Shown in pieces: positions 1-7,869 of a stretch of DNA of 59,143 bases (its first letter is position 1; the number at the start of each line of letters is the position of its first letter). The notes beneath the pieces are model-generated. The model was not told the DNA's origin. It saw only the letters and a program-made list of their open reading frames with translations, and did no database searches. The position numbers and the translations under genes are program-made. The stretch is from the NCBI GenBank assembly GCA_035281425.1, contig DATEDX010000084.1:1-59143 (forward strand), read 5' to 3'. Source of the stretch: Acidimicrobiia bacterium. Lineage in GTDB: Bacteria > Actinomycetota > Acidimicrobiia > Spongiisociales > ZC4RG35.

Positions 1-195
1 GACGATCCCCGGCACCAGCCAGTCGTCGAGGAGGGGTACTTTCTCCATCCAGGCGGCCGGCATCCTGATCAATCCCCCGCTGGGGTCGGCAATCATGGTC
101 ACTCCTCCGCCGACGGCAGTGATGCCCAAGAAGCCGAGGAGGACCGCTGCCAACCAAAGGCTCGGGGGCCGGGTATGGGCCCGTGGCGGACCCAT
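1..195 (-). CDS. hypothetical membrane protein, N-terminal part only (gene runs off left edge)
   Basis: Own minus-strand translation from ATG at 195: MGPPRAHTRPPSLWLAAVLLGFLGITAVGGGVTMIADPSGGLIRMPAAWMEKVPLLDDWLVPGIV, open to position 1. One hydrophobic helix. No family recognised. Confidence 0.3.
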   Translation of the reverse strand, partial: MGPPRAHTRPPSLWLAAVLLGFLGITAVGGGVTMIADPSGGLIRMPAAWMEKVPLLDDWLVPGIV

Positions 196-425
196 GGTCC
201 TTTGCTGCAACATTTCGTCTCCTTTCGCCCCCAGACTGCTCTGTGGGTCTGGAGGCGGCTAGAGGCGAACGGCCCCTAGAGCCGGGTAGAGGTCCAAGCT
301 GGTCGAGAAAGGATCATGCTGGAGACAACCCCCGGACCCCACGGAAGGCGGCCGACCAACGGCCGGTCGCCCCCACAGCTCTTCAAGCGGATGTACTTTT
401 AACCCGAACAGAGAAAGGAGCACTG

Positions 426-743
426 GTGACCGACCCAACTGCCCCCAATCCCCCGCCCGCCGATAACCCGCCCCCACCGGAACCACCACCGGTCCACGAG
501 GACGAGAGTCATACCGACCGTGGGTGGCTTGACGACGCCGAACAAGCGCTGGATCGGGTTACCAAAGCCCTTGGTGCTGCTTGGGAAGCCACCCGGGAGG
601 CACGGATGAGCGCCCTCGAATCGGCCAAAACCGCCGCCAAACAACTTGGCGAGGCGATCGACCGTGGCGCCGAAGCCGCCCGGCTCCGCTGGCAGCAGAA
701 CCAGACGCAGGAGCCACCGCCTCCCCCCGACACCAGCGAGTAG
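426..743 (+). CDS. hypothetical small Pro-rich / helical protein
   Basis: In frame with track ORF 183..743. GTG at 426 has AAAGGAG (414-420) 5 nt upstream, so the shorter start is preferred. PPPADNPPPPEPPP followed by an amphipathic helical segment. No family recognised. Confidence 0.4.
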   Translation: MTDPTAPNPPPADNPPPPEPPPVHEDESHTDRGWLDDAEQALDRVTKALGAAWEATREARMSALESAKTAAKQLGEAIDRGAEAARLRWQQNQTQEPPPPPDTSE

Positions 744-795
744 AGGCTCCCCCCCGGCTCTCCGGCACCGTTAGCCTCCCCCCACCGACAGAAAG

Positions 796-1032
796 GTGGC
801 GAGGTCGATGGGTGACGTACATGTCGAGGAGCTATTCGGCATCGGCAAGCGCTACGACATTCGCTGTTCCCGCGGGCAGCGGGTCTCCATCATCGTCCAC
901 AAGGACGGGGTGCGGGAGCTGTATGTGTTCGAAACCGACGATGAGGACCCCACCGCCACCGTTCGCCTAGAGGAGAGCGAGGCCCGCAAGATCGGGGCGG
1001 TGTTGGGCGGCACCTACTTCACCGAGTCTTAG
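796..1032 (+). CDS. cation:proton antiporter regulatory subunit (KhtT N-terminal-domain-like)
   Basis: 78 aa. GIGKRYDI..G.RVSIIVHKDGVRELYVFE..DEDP...V.L.E.EARKIGAVLGG pattern as in KhtT/YhaT-type regulators. Sits 12 nt upstream of a CPA2 antiporter gene. Confidence 0.65.
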   Translation: MARSMGDVHVEELFGIGKRYDIRCSRGQRVSIIVHKDGVRELYVFETDDEDPTATVRLEESEARKIGAVLGGTYFTES

Positions 1033-1044
1033 TCGGCGCTCAAA

Positions 1045-2541
1045 GTGGCGCAGGAACTGGTGGGGCTTGGCGCCGGCTTGGTGCTGGCGGGATTGCTGGC
1101 CAAGGTAGGCCAGCGCTTCGGGTTGCCCACGGTTCCTTTCTTTATGGCCGCGGGCCTCCTCCTCGGCCCCCACACCGCCGGCCCGGCTCTGATCGAGCAC
1201 CCCGAGAGCCTGGAGTTGGTGGCGGCTCTCGGGTTGATCTTTCTCCTCTTTTCGATCGGGGTGGAGTTTCCCGCCGAACATGTCCTCGCCAGCGGATGGC
1301 GTCTCTTCGCCTCCGCCGGTGCCTACATCGGTCTCAACGTAGGCGGGGGGCTGATCCTCGGCGCCAGCCTTGGCTGGGGATCGGCCGAGGCGTTGGTAGT
1401 TGCCGGAGCGGTCGGCATCTCTTCGTCCGCCATCGTCACCAAACTGCTCATCGAGCTCCGCCGCTTGGCTAACGCTGAAACCCCCACCATCCTCGGGATC
1501 ATCGTCATCGAGGACATCTTCCTGGCGATCTACCTGGCCGTGCTGCACCCGGTGCTGGGCGGCGCCAGCTCGGCGGCGGCGATTGCGGTGGAGTTCGGCC
1601 GCTCGTTCGGCTTCATCCTCTTGCTCATCTTCCTGGCCCGATTCGGGGCTCGGCTGGTGGGGACCATCATTGGCAGCGACGAGGACGAACTGCTCACCGT
1701 CCTCTTCGTGGGGGTGGCGGTCCTAGTGGCGGGGGTTTCGGCGGGGCTGGGGGTCTCCGACGCCATTGGGGCATTGATGATTGGTCTGGTCATCTCCCGC
1801 ACCGAACTCCGAGAGAGGATCGAGCGGCTCATGTTGCCTCTACGGGACGCTTTCGCCGCTCTCTTCTTCTTCGCTTTCGGGCTCTCGATCGATGTCGGCA
1901 CCTTCGGTGGAGTGGCCGGTCCGGTGCTGGCGGCCGCAGCACTCACCCTATTCCTCAACCTGATCGCGGGGGTGATTACCGGCCGGCTGCTTGGCTTCAA
2001 CCAGCGGGCGGCGGCCAACATTGGGCTATCGCTCTTGGGCCGGGGAGAGTTCTCACTTATCCTCGCCGCGCTGGCTTTGGGCGCGGGGCTGGATGCGCGG
2101 CTGGGACCGTTCATCGCCTTGTACGTGCTGGTGCTGGCAGTGGCCAGCCCGTTGCTCGCTTCCCGATCCAAGCAGTTCGCGCGCCTCTTGCCGGCCCGAG
2201 CGCTGACCGGGTGGGCCTATGTCCAGCAGCAGACCATGACCACCGCTTGTACCCATCTGGGATCGATCCGCGAGGTGGAACCCGCCGCCGACGGTTGTGT
2301 GGACTGCCTCGCATTGGGTGACAATTGGGTCCACCTCCGCCTCTGCCTGGCCTGTGGCTACGTCGGCTGCTGCGACGATTCCAAGAACCGGCATGCCAGC
2401 TCCCACTTTCACGAGACTCGCCACCCCATCGTCCAGTCCTTCGAGCCGGGTGAAGACTGGCGTTGGTGCTACATAGATCAAGCCTTGGTGTACGGGCGCC
2501 TCCGGCCACTGCAAACGATCCCCGAGGCTCGCCAGCACTAA
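1045..2541 (+). CDS. CPA2-family cation:proton antiporter (Kef/KhtU-like) with C-terminal UBP-type zinc finger
   Basis: About 390 aa polytopic Na_H_exchanger-like membrane domain. From nt 2248: CTHLGSIREVEPAADGCVDCLALGDNWVHLRLCLACGYVGCCDDSKNRHASSHFHETRHPIVQSFEPGEDWRWCYID, the Cys/His pattern of ZnF-UBP. Confidence 0.85.
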   Translation: MAQELVGLGAGLVLAGLLAKVGQRFGLPTVPFFMAAGLLLGPHTAGPALIEHPESLELVAALGLIFLLFSIGVEFPAEHVLASGWRLFASAGAYIGLNVGGGLILGASLGWGSAEALVVAGAVGISSSAIVTKLLIELRRLANAETPTILGIIVIEDIFLAIYLAVLHPVLGGASSAAAIAVEFGRSFGFILLLIFLARFGARLVGTIIGSDEDELLTVLFVGVAVLVAGVSAGLGVSDAIGALMIGLVISRTELRERIERLMLPLRDAFAALFFFAFGLSIDVGTFGGVAGPVLAAAALTLFLNLIAGVITGRLLGFNQRAAANIGLSLLGRGEFSLILAALALGAGLDARLGPFIALYVLVLAVASPLLASRSKQFARLLPARALTGWAYVQQQTMTTACTHLGSIREVEPAADGCVDCLALGDNWVHLRLCLACGYVGCCDDSKNRHASSHFHETRHPIVQSFEPGEDWRWCYIDQALVYGRLRPLQTIPEARQH

Positions 2542-2658
2542 ACAGAGGCATCACACAAGCCCACCCCGGATTCCCAGAAAGCTCTCAGTAAATCCCCAGC
2601 CGGGAGTCAGCGAGCTTACGGATCATGACCTCCGATTAAGCCCCGAGAGGAGACGACC

Positions 2659-3480
2659 ATGAACGACACCCACGTCGAAGAACCCAGTAACGAAGCGCTA
2701 CGGGCAATCACCCGGCGCTCGGCCCTGCGGCTGTTAGGAGGAGCAGGTCTGGCGGTGGTGGCTGCCTGCGCCACCGATCTCACCTCGACCTCGGCCACCA
2801 CCGGCACCACCGCCGCCTTCGAGACGCCCACTACTGGGACGGGTTCGGTCACCACCGCCTCCGCAGTCACCAATCCCACCTTCGGCGGTGCCGGCAGCTG
2901 CGTTTTGGTACCCGAGGAGACGGAAGGTCCCTACCCCCTCGACCTCTCGGGCTCCGAAGAGTTCTTCCGCAGTGACATCACCGAAGGGAAAGAAGGAATA
3001 CCGCTGACCATGAACCTGGTGCTGGTGGACGTGAACAACGGATGTAATCCGGTCTCGGGGGCGCGGGTTGACGTGTGGCACTGTGACGCGGCCGGGGTCT
3101 ACTCGGGCTACAGCCAGCCGGGCGCCGACACCACCGGCGAGACCTTCTGCCGGGGGATACAACTCACCGATGCCAACGGCCAGGTGACCTTCCAGACCAT
3201 CTACCCGGGTTGGTATCAGGGTCGTGTCACCCACATCCACTTTCAGGTGTTCCTGGAGTCGGGCTTGGCCGCCACCTCCCAGATCGCCTTCCCCGAAGAC
3301 ATCACCAGGACGGTCTACGAGGTGGAGCCGTACGCGGCCAAGGGTCAGAATGCCTCGGTGGCGAGCAACGCGGCCGACGGCATCTTCGCCGATGGCACCC
3401 AGTACCAGCTCGCCACCATCACCGGCGGAGTCGACACCCGCCTGGTGGGCAGCCTCCTCGTGGGAATCGCCAGCAGCTGA
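2659..3480 (+). CDS. Tat-signal lipoprotein, intradiol ring-cleavage dioxygenase-like protein
   Basis: Twin-arginine signal TRRSALRLLGGAGLAVVAAC. Motifs TEGPYP, VDVWHCDAAGVYSGY, YPGWYQGRVTHIHFQV are typical of the protocatechuate/catechol intradiol dioxygenase fold. Confidence 0.75.
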   Translation: MNDTHVEEPSNEALRAITRRSALRLLGGAGLAVVAACATDLTSTSATTGTTAAFETPTTGTGSVTTASAVTNPTFGGAGSCVLVPEETEGPYPLDLSGSEEFFRSDITEGKEGIPLTMNLVLVDVNNGCNPVSGARVDVWHCDAAGVYSGYSQPGADTTGETFCRGIQLTDANGQVTFQTIYPGWYQGRVTHIHFQVFLESGLAATSQIAFPEDITRTVYEVEPYAAKGQNASVASNAADGIFADGTQYQLATITGGVDTRLVGSLLVGIASS

Positions 3481-3507
3481 GTCCAATTCCCTCTCCTTCC
3501 CTTGCCG

Positions 3508-3556
3508 TTTTGGCGAGTAAAGCCGACGCGATAGCGTCGCCTCTACGCGCCAAAAA
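3508..3556. repeat. REP-like palindromic element, degenerate copy (loop GATA)
   Basis: TTTTGGCGAGTAAAGCCGACGC-GATA-GCGTCGCCTCTACGCGCCAAAA; 3 mismatches in the stem. Lies 28 nt after the dioxygenase stop. Confidence 0.8.
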
Positions 3557-3566
3557 AGAAGGATGA

Positions 3567-4019
3567 GTGATGACGTCACAAGGAGCCGAGCGGAGCCGAC
3601 GTCCCATCGTTTGGCGGTTGTCGCTAGCCAGCCCTCCAGGGCGGGTATTCGAGTACGTAGATACCGACGCCGGCCGAGAACGTTTCTGGGCCACTCGCTC
3701 CCGGAGGGACGATTCAAGTTTTGAGCTGCAGTTCCCCAATGGATACCGCACCCGGGTGGACGTATTGGAGCGGATCCACCCCAGCCGCCTCGTCATCCAA
3801 TACCTTGACTCGAGGTCCACCTTCGACCTCACTCCGCATCCCCGGGGCGGTTGCCTGTTTCAGGTCACTTGCGAGTGCGATGAGCCCGACTCATGGATGG
3901 AGTTCTACCCCGGATGGGTGAGTTGGCTCCTGGTGCTCAAAGCCGCGGTCGACTTCGGTGTTGACCTACGCAACGGCTCACCCGACCGAACCTGGGACCA
4001 GCGCTTCGTCGATCAGTAG
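3567..4019 (+). CDS. SRPBCC / AHSA1-like domain protein
   Basis: 150 aa. GR.FE....DAGRERFWA ... YPGWVSWLLVLKAAVDFGVDLRN resembles Activator-of-Hsp90-ATPase-like SRPBCC proteins. RBS AAGAAGGA upstream of GTG/ATG at 3567/3570. Confidence 0.55.
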   Translation: MMTSQGAERSRRPIVWRLSLASPPGRVFEYVDTDAGRERFWATRSRRDDSSFELQFPNGYRTRVDVLERIHPSRLVIQYLDSRSTFDLTPHPRGGCLFQVTCECDEPDSWMEFYPGWVSWLLVLKAAVDFGVDLRNGSPDRTWDQRFVDQ

Positions 4020-4042
4020 TCAGAAGGGGGGGGTTTCAGCCA

Positions 4043-4495
4043 TCAAGGTGGGGGGAGAGTGGTGGTCGTCAACGCATTACCGATGCATCCTTCCATCCCG
4101 CCTCGGAATTCCCAGAGCCGCATGCCGATGTCCGGCCAGCGGCGCAGCACCAAACCACCATCCATGACAAACCCAGGAAAGCGCCAGCGGACGCACATAT
4201 GGGTCAACTCTCCGGAGCTGTTATGAGGGAAGACCTCCACTACGGGTGCACCGTAACGGCGGTGATACGACAGGATCAGCTCGGCGACTGCTTGCAGTGC
4301 GTCAGGCTCACCAGCAACCCCATGAGTGAGAAGGCGCGCATGGTCCAATTCCCCCTCCAAAACGAGGGCAATCCAAAAACGGGTGAGTGATTCAGCTTCG
4401 CCGATCGTCTGCATCTCGGCCGTCACTTCGGCGGGTTCGGCTTCCGTACAAGCCGCAAGGACAACGACTGCCAGCAGCAACGTGACGGACTTCAT
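4043..4495 (-). CDS. hypothetical lipoprotein (paralog of 6157..6615)
   Basis: Lipobox LLAVVVLAAC. About 40% identity by eye to the 6157..6615 product, including RFP..VM.G.LV.R.WP..G.R..EF.GGMEGC. No family recognised. Confidence 0.6.
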   Translation of the reverse strand: MKSVTLLLAVVVLAACTEAEPAEVTAEMQTIGEAESLTRFWIALVLEGELDHARLLTHGVAGEPDALQAVAELILSYHRRYGAPVVEVFPHNSSGELTHMCVRWRFPGFVMDGGLVLRRWPDIGMRLWEFRGGMEGCIGNALTTTTLPPP

Positions 4496-4573
4496 TCGAG
4501 CATGAACCTACCCTCTGGAGAGACCGCCTTCGGGAAGGAACTCCGGGGCGACGAGGAGCGTCAAACTAGACGC

Positions 4574-6079
4574 ATGACCAAGCGCCTCCTGGTCCTCGCC
4601 TTATTTGCTTCGGTTCTGGTCGTTGCCCCTACCCAGCAGGCCCTCGCCTGTTCTTGCCGGCCCCTCGACCTCGCCACGGAGGTCCCCGAATATGACGCCG
4701 CCTTCGTCGGAACCCTGGTCGAACGCCCCAACATGTCCCTCCTGGGCGACGCGCCCTACCACTTCGAGGTCGAACAATGGGTCAAGGGTGACCTGGGTCC
4801 CGAATTGGACGTCCTGGCCCCCAGCCAAGGTGCGGCGTGCGGCTTCGAGGCTCCCCTCGGGGAACGAGTCGGGGTGCTGGTGCAGGTGGAGAACGGGATC
4901 GCCCGCGGCAACCTTTGCACCATGGCCAACCCTGACCTGCTCCTCGTTTGGGACCGGGCCCTAGCCGTTGAAAGTGAGGGGCCGCCGGTCTTTCTCGTCG
5001 CCGGTTCGGAGGGGCTTGCCCGGCTGGTGCTGCTGGACGAAGCGGCCCAGATCGTGGCCTTGGTAGGGGGTGAAGGAGAGAACCTCAACGGGCTGACGGT
5101 GTGTCCGGGCTCATCCCTGCTGGTGGAAATGGTCAACGACCAACTGGTGGTCCGCTCCACCGCCGATCTGCGCGAAGTGCGACGCATCGACCTCATGGGT
5201 CTTCCCTTTGAGGTCGGAGTCCCCAACATCTGGTGCCGGGACCCGGCCGCCCAACAAATCTGGTTAGGGACCGATCAATACACCGAGGAGGGCGAGATCA
5301 TCTTCCAGGTGCTGAGCGCGGACAACCTCGATCAGCCCCTGCTCGAGGGTCCTTACAGCTGGATGGAGGTAGGCCCCCATGTCGCAGTGGGAGGAGAAGG
5401 TCCCACTGCCGAGACCATCTGGCGCATCGATCTGGCCAGTGGCGAGCGCACCTTACTCCACAAGATCCCGGTCGATTCGGCAGACTCGTCGCCGTCCGGG
5501 CGAGGATTCATCAATCCCAACGGCACCCAGGTAATGGTCAGCGAGTGGCGTTACAACGACGACCGGGGTGGTCTCACCAACCTGTTCCTCTACGATCTGG
5601 AGTCGGGAGAAGTCGTGTCCCAGATCGATAGCTTCCCCACTGCCGATGGAGTGGGGTGGATCGACGAGCGGCGATTCCTTCTCTACTCCTACCCCGATAT
5701 CAACTCTGACCAGGTGGACAATGTCATCATCGATGTTGTCACCTCCGAGGTAACCGTCCTCGACGAGTTCGCCGGATGGCGTAACCACATCCTCGGCGAG
5801 CAGATGGTGGGAGCCATGGAGGCGAGGCTGCGGGCGGTCCCTCTCGCCGGCGGACAGCCGATCGAGTTACGCCTCCTTCCATCCGAATATCACTACCTGG
5901 CGGCGATCCTCGACCCAGAGGCTCAACTCGCCGCCCCCACCACTACTTCCGGTCCCATCACGACGTCAAGCCCGACGACTTCGACTGCCGTCCCTAGGAC
6001 CAGCGAGGGGCCGGGGTCGTGGCCTCTCCTCCTGGCTGCGATGGGGGTGGTGGGTTTGATCGTGATCGCCCGCCGTTGA
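4574..6079 (+). CDS. secreted, C-terminally anchored protein: N-terminal TIMP/NTR-like Cys-x-Cys domain + beta-propeller-like region + TSP-rich linker + TM
   Basis: Track ORF 4502..6079. ATG at 4574 gives the signal peptide MTKRLLVLALFASVLVVAPTQQALA followed by CSCRP. The middle resembles TolB/WD40-like repeats. C-terminus TTTSGPITTSSPTTSTAVPRTSEGPGSWPLLLAAMGVVGLIVIARR. Confidence 0.7.
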   Translation: MTKRLLVLALFASVLVVAPTQQALACSCRPLDLATEVPEYDAAFVGTLVERPNMSLLGDAPYHFEVEQWVKGDLGPELDVLAPSQGAACGFEAPLGERVGVLVQVENGIARGNLCTMANPDLLLVWDRALAVESEGPPVFLVAGSEGLARLVLLDEAAQIVALVGGEGENLNGLTVCPGSSLLVEMVNDQLVVRSTADLREVRRIDLMGLPFEVGVPNIWCRDPAAQQIWLGTDQYTEEGEIIFQVLSADNLDQPLLEGPYSWMEVGPHVAVGGEGPTAETIWRIDLASGERTLLHKIPVDSADSSPSGRGFINPNGTQVMVSEWRYNDDRGGLTNLFLYDLESGEVVSQIDSFPTADGVGWIDERRFLLYSYPDINSDQVDNVIIDVVTSEVTVLDEFAGWRNHILGEQMVGAMEARLRAVPLAGGQPIELRLLPSEYHYLAAILDPEAQLAAPTTTSGPITTSSPTTSTAVPRTSEGPGSWPLLLAAMGVVGLIVIARR

Positions 6080-6120
6080 TCCCGGCCTCTCCCCCGTCCC
6101 GCCTCTCCCCCTCCTCAGGG

Positions 6121-6169
6121 TTTTTGGCGCGTAGAAGCGACGCTATCGCGTCGCTTCTACGCGCCAAAA
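6121..6169. repeat. REP-like palindromic element (22-bp perfect stem, loop TATC)
   Basis: TTTTGGCGCGTAGAAGCGACGC-TATC-GCGTCGCTTCTACGCGCCAAAA. Lies between convergent genes. Overlaps the last 3 codons and TAG stop of 6157..6615. Confidence 0.9.
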
Positions 6170-6615
6170 GGGGGAGCATTGCAGCCTTCCATCCCGCCAT
6201 GGAACTCCGACACTCTTAGCCCCTGTCCGGGCCATTGGCGCGAAACGAGCGCCCCGTTCATCACCAACTCCGGGAATCGAAACACCGCACACACAAATAC
6301 GAGTCCGTCTTCGGTGGTGCTGTGGTGAAAGACGAGAACCGTGGGTAGACCATGCCGGTGGTTTCGAAGGAAGAGGGTCTCGGCCAGCCCATCCAACGCT
6401 TCCTGCTCTCCATTTTGGCCGCGGGTAAGTTGACGGGCACCTCCAAAGTCGCCGGTCAAGGCCCGGTGGATCCAATCCTTGGTTAAGACGACTGCTTCGA
6501 CTGCGAACTCCCTCCGAAGCGGTGCCGGATCCTCCGGTCTGGCCGCCAACCTGTCCCCAGGTGGGACGCACGATGACAAAGTTGCGACAGTTACAAGGGC
6601 CACGAGCCGTTTCAT
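6157..6615 (-). CDS. hypothetical lipoprotein (paralog of 4043..4495)
   Basis: Lipobox VATLSSC. Shares the GGMEGC C-terminal motif with 4043..4495. The last residues FGA and the stop are encoded by the REP element. Confidence 0.6.
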   Translation of the reverse strand: MKRLVALVTVATLSSCVPPGDRLAARPEDPAPLRREFAVEAVVLTKDWIHRALTGDFGGARQLTRGQNGEQEALDGLAETLFLRNHRHGLPTVLVFHHSTTEDGLVFVCAVFRFPELVMNGALVSRQWPGQGLRVSEFHGGMEGCNAPPFGA

Positions 6616-6652
6616 CGCCAGTTGGTAAAGCTACTCGTTTCCCTCCTCAGGG

Positions 6653-6701
6653 TTTTTGGCGCGTAGGGGCGACGCGATAGCGTCGCCCCTACGCGCCAAA
6701 A
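6653..6701. repeat. REP-like palindromic element (22-bp perfect stem, loop GATA)
   Basis: TTTTGGCGCGTAGGGGCGACGC-GATA-GCGTCGCCCCTACGCGCCAAAA. Preceded by CCCTCCTCAGGG, as is the 6121 copy. Lies between divergent gene starts. Confidence 0.9.
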
Positions 6702-6712
6702 CCTCCGGATAA

Positions 6713-7855
6713 ATGATCAGGACTGATTCCTCCCCGGCTGAGTTGAGAGCCCGCGGTGGGCTCAAGTGGAACTTTTATCCCGAGGACGTTCTGGCCGCCT
6801 GGGTGGCAGAGATGGACTTCGGGTTGGCCGAACCGATCGCTACCGCGTTGCACGCCGCCGTCGATCGAGGCGACACGGGCTACTTCTACCCGCCGGCGGT
6901 GTCGGCGACCGCCGAGGCCGCGGTCAGCTACTGGTCTAGGGCATTCAGTTGGAAGGTGAAGCCGGAGCGGGTGCTACCGGCGCCCGATGTCGTCGAAGGT
7001 ATCCGGCGGGCTGTCGAACTCCTCACCCGTCCCGGCTCACCCGTCATCCTCCACACGCCGGTCTACTACCCCTTCTTCTCGATGGTGGAACGGGCCCACC
7101 GCGAGTTGATCGCGGTTCCCTCGACGACCGACAACGAGTGGCGTTATCACCTCGACCTCGAGGCGATCGACGCCGCCTTCAGCCAAGGGGCCGGATCACT
7201 CGTTCTCTGCCATCCCTGGAACCCGACCGGACGCGTCTTCTCCCCGGAAGAACTGGCCGAGGTCATCGGGATCGCCACCGCTCACGGCGGGCGGGTCATT
7301 TCCGACGAAATCCACGCCCCTCTCACCTACCACGGCGCCGTCCACAGCCCGGCCGCCGCCATCGATCCGGAAACGGTGATCACCGTAACCTCGGCCTCCA
7401 AGGCTTGGAACCTCCCCGGGCTCAAATGCGCTCAGGTCGTGTTGACCAACGACGACGATCTGGAGCGGTGGAACGAATACTTCACTCCCGAGAAGGTTGG
7501 GGTGAGCACTTTCGGCCTCATCGCCAATACCGCCGCCTACGCCTCGGGGGATATTTGGCTGCAGGAGGTTCTGGAGATCCTGGCCAGTAACCGGAAGCTG
7601 CTGGGTGAACTGATCGCCAGCCAGCTCCCCGCCGTCCGCTACTACCCGCCCGAGGCGACCTATCTCGCCTGGCTCGACTTCGGCGGCTACGGCATCCAGA
7701 ATCCGGCCGCCTTCTTCTTGGAGAACGCCAAGGTAGCCGTCAGTGATGGGGGGCCTTTCGGGGCCGTCGGCGGCGGCTACGCCCGCCTCAACTTCGCCAC
7801 CACGCCTTCGATCCTCGAGCAGATCGTGGGGCGGATGGCGGCCGCCGTCGCATAG
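6713..7855 (+). CDS. PLP-dependent C-S lyase / aminotransferase class I/II (MalY/PatB-like cystathionine beta-lyase)
   Basis: GGLKWNFYPEDVLAAWVAEMDF N-terminus and SASKAWNLPGLK PLP-lysine motif, typical of the MalY/PatB family. Confidence 0.8.
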   Translation: MIRTDSSPAELRARGGLKWNFYPEDVLAAWVAEMDFGLAEPIATALHAAVDRGDTGYFYPPAVSATAEAAVSYWSRAFSWKVKPERVLPAPDVVEGIRRAVELLTRPGSPVILHTPVYYPFFSMVERAHRELIAVPSTTDNEWRYHLDLEAIDAAFSQGAGSLVLCHPWNPTGRVFSPEELAEVIGIATAHGGRVISDEIHAPLTYHGAVHSPAAAIDPETVITVTSASKAWNLPGLKCAQVVLTNDDDLERWNEYFTPEKVGVSTFGLIANTAAYASGDIWLQEVLEILASNRKLLGELIASQLPAVRYYPPEATYLAWLDFGGYGIQNPAAFFLENAKVAVSDGGPFGAVGGGYARLNFATTPSILEQIVGRMAAAVA

Positions 7856-7869
7856 GCGTCTCTTCTCCC

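Noticed and set aside
6000-6079. C-terminal sorting signal (sortase LPXTG or PGF-CTERM-like) on the TIMP-like protein
   Set aside because: The tripartite layout is present (TSP-rich linker, GPGSW, hydrophobic helix, RR tail). There is no LPXTG/LAXTG motif, and no sortase or exosortase gene in the window. I call it only a TM anchor.
5994-6219. Small ORFs on both strands encoding ...LARRSDAIASLLRAK..., with similar peptides at 3419..3832, 7743..7967 and 7788..8009
   Set aside because: These peptides are simply translations of the palindromic REP element, which is why the same peptide appears on both strands. They are not genes.
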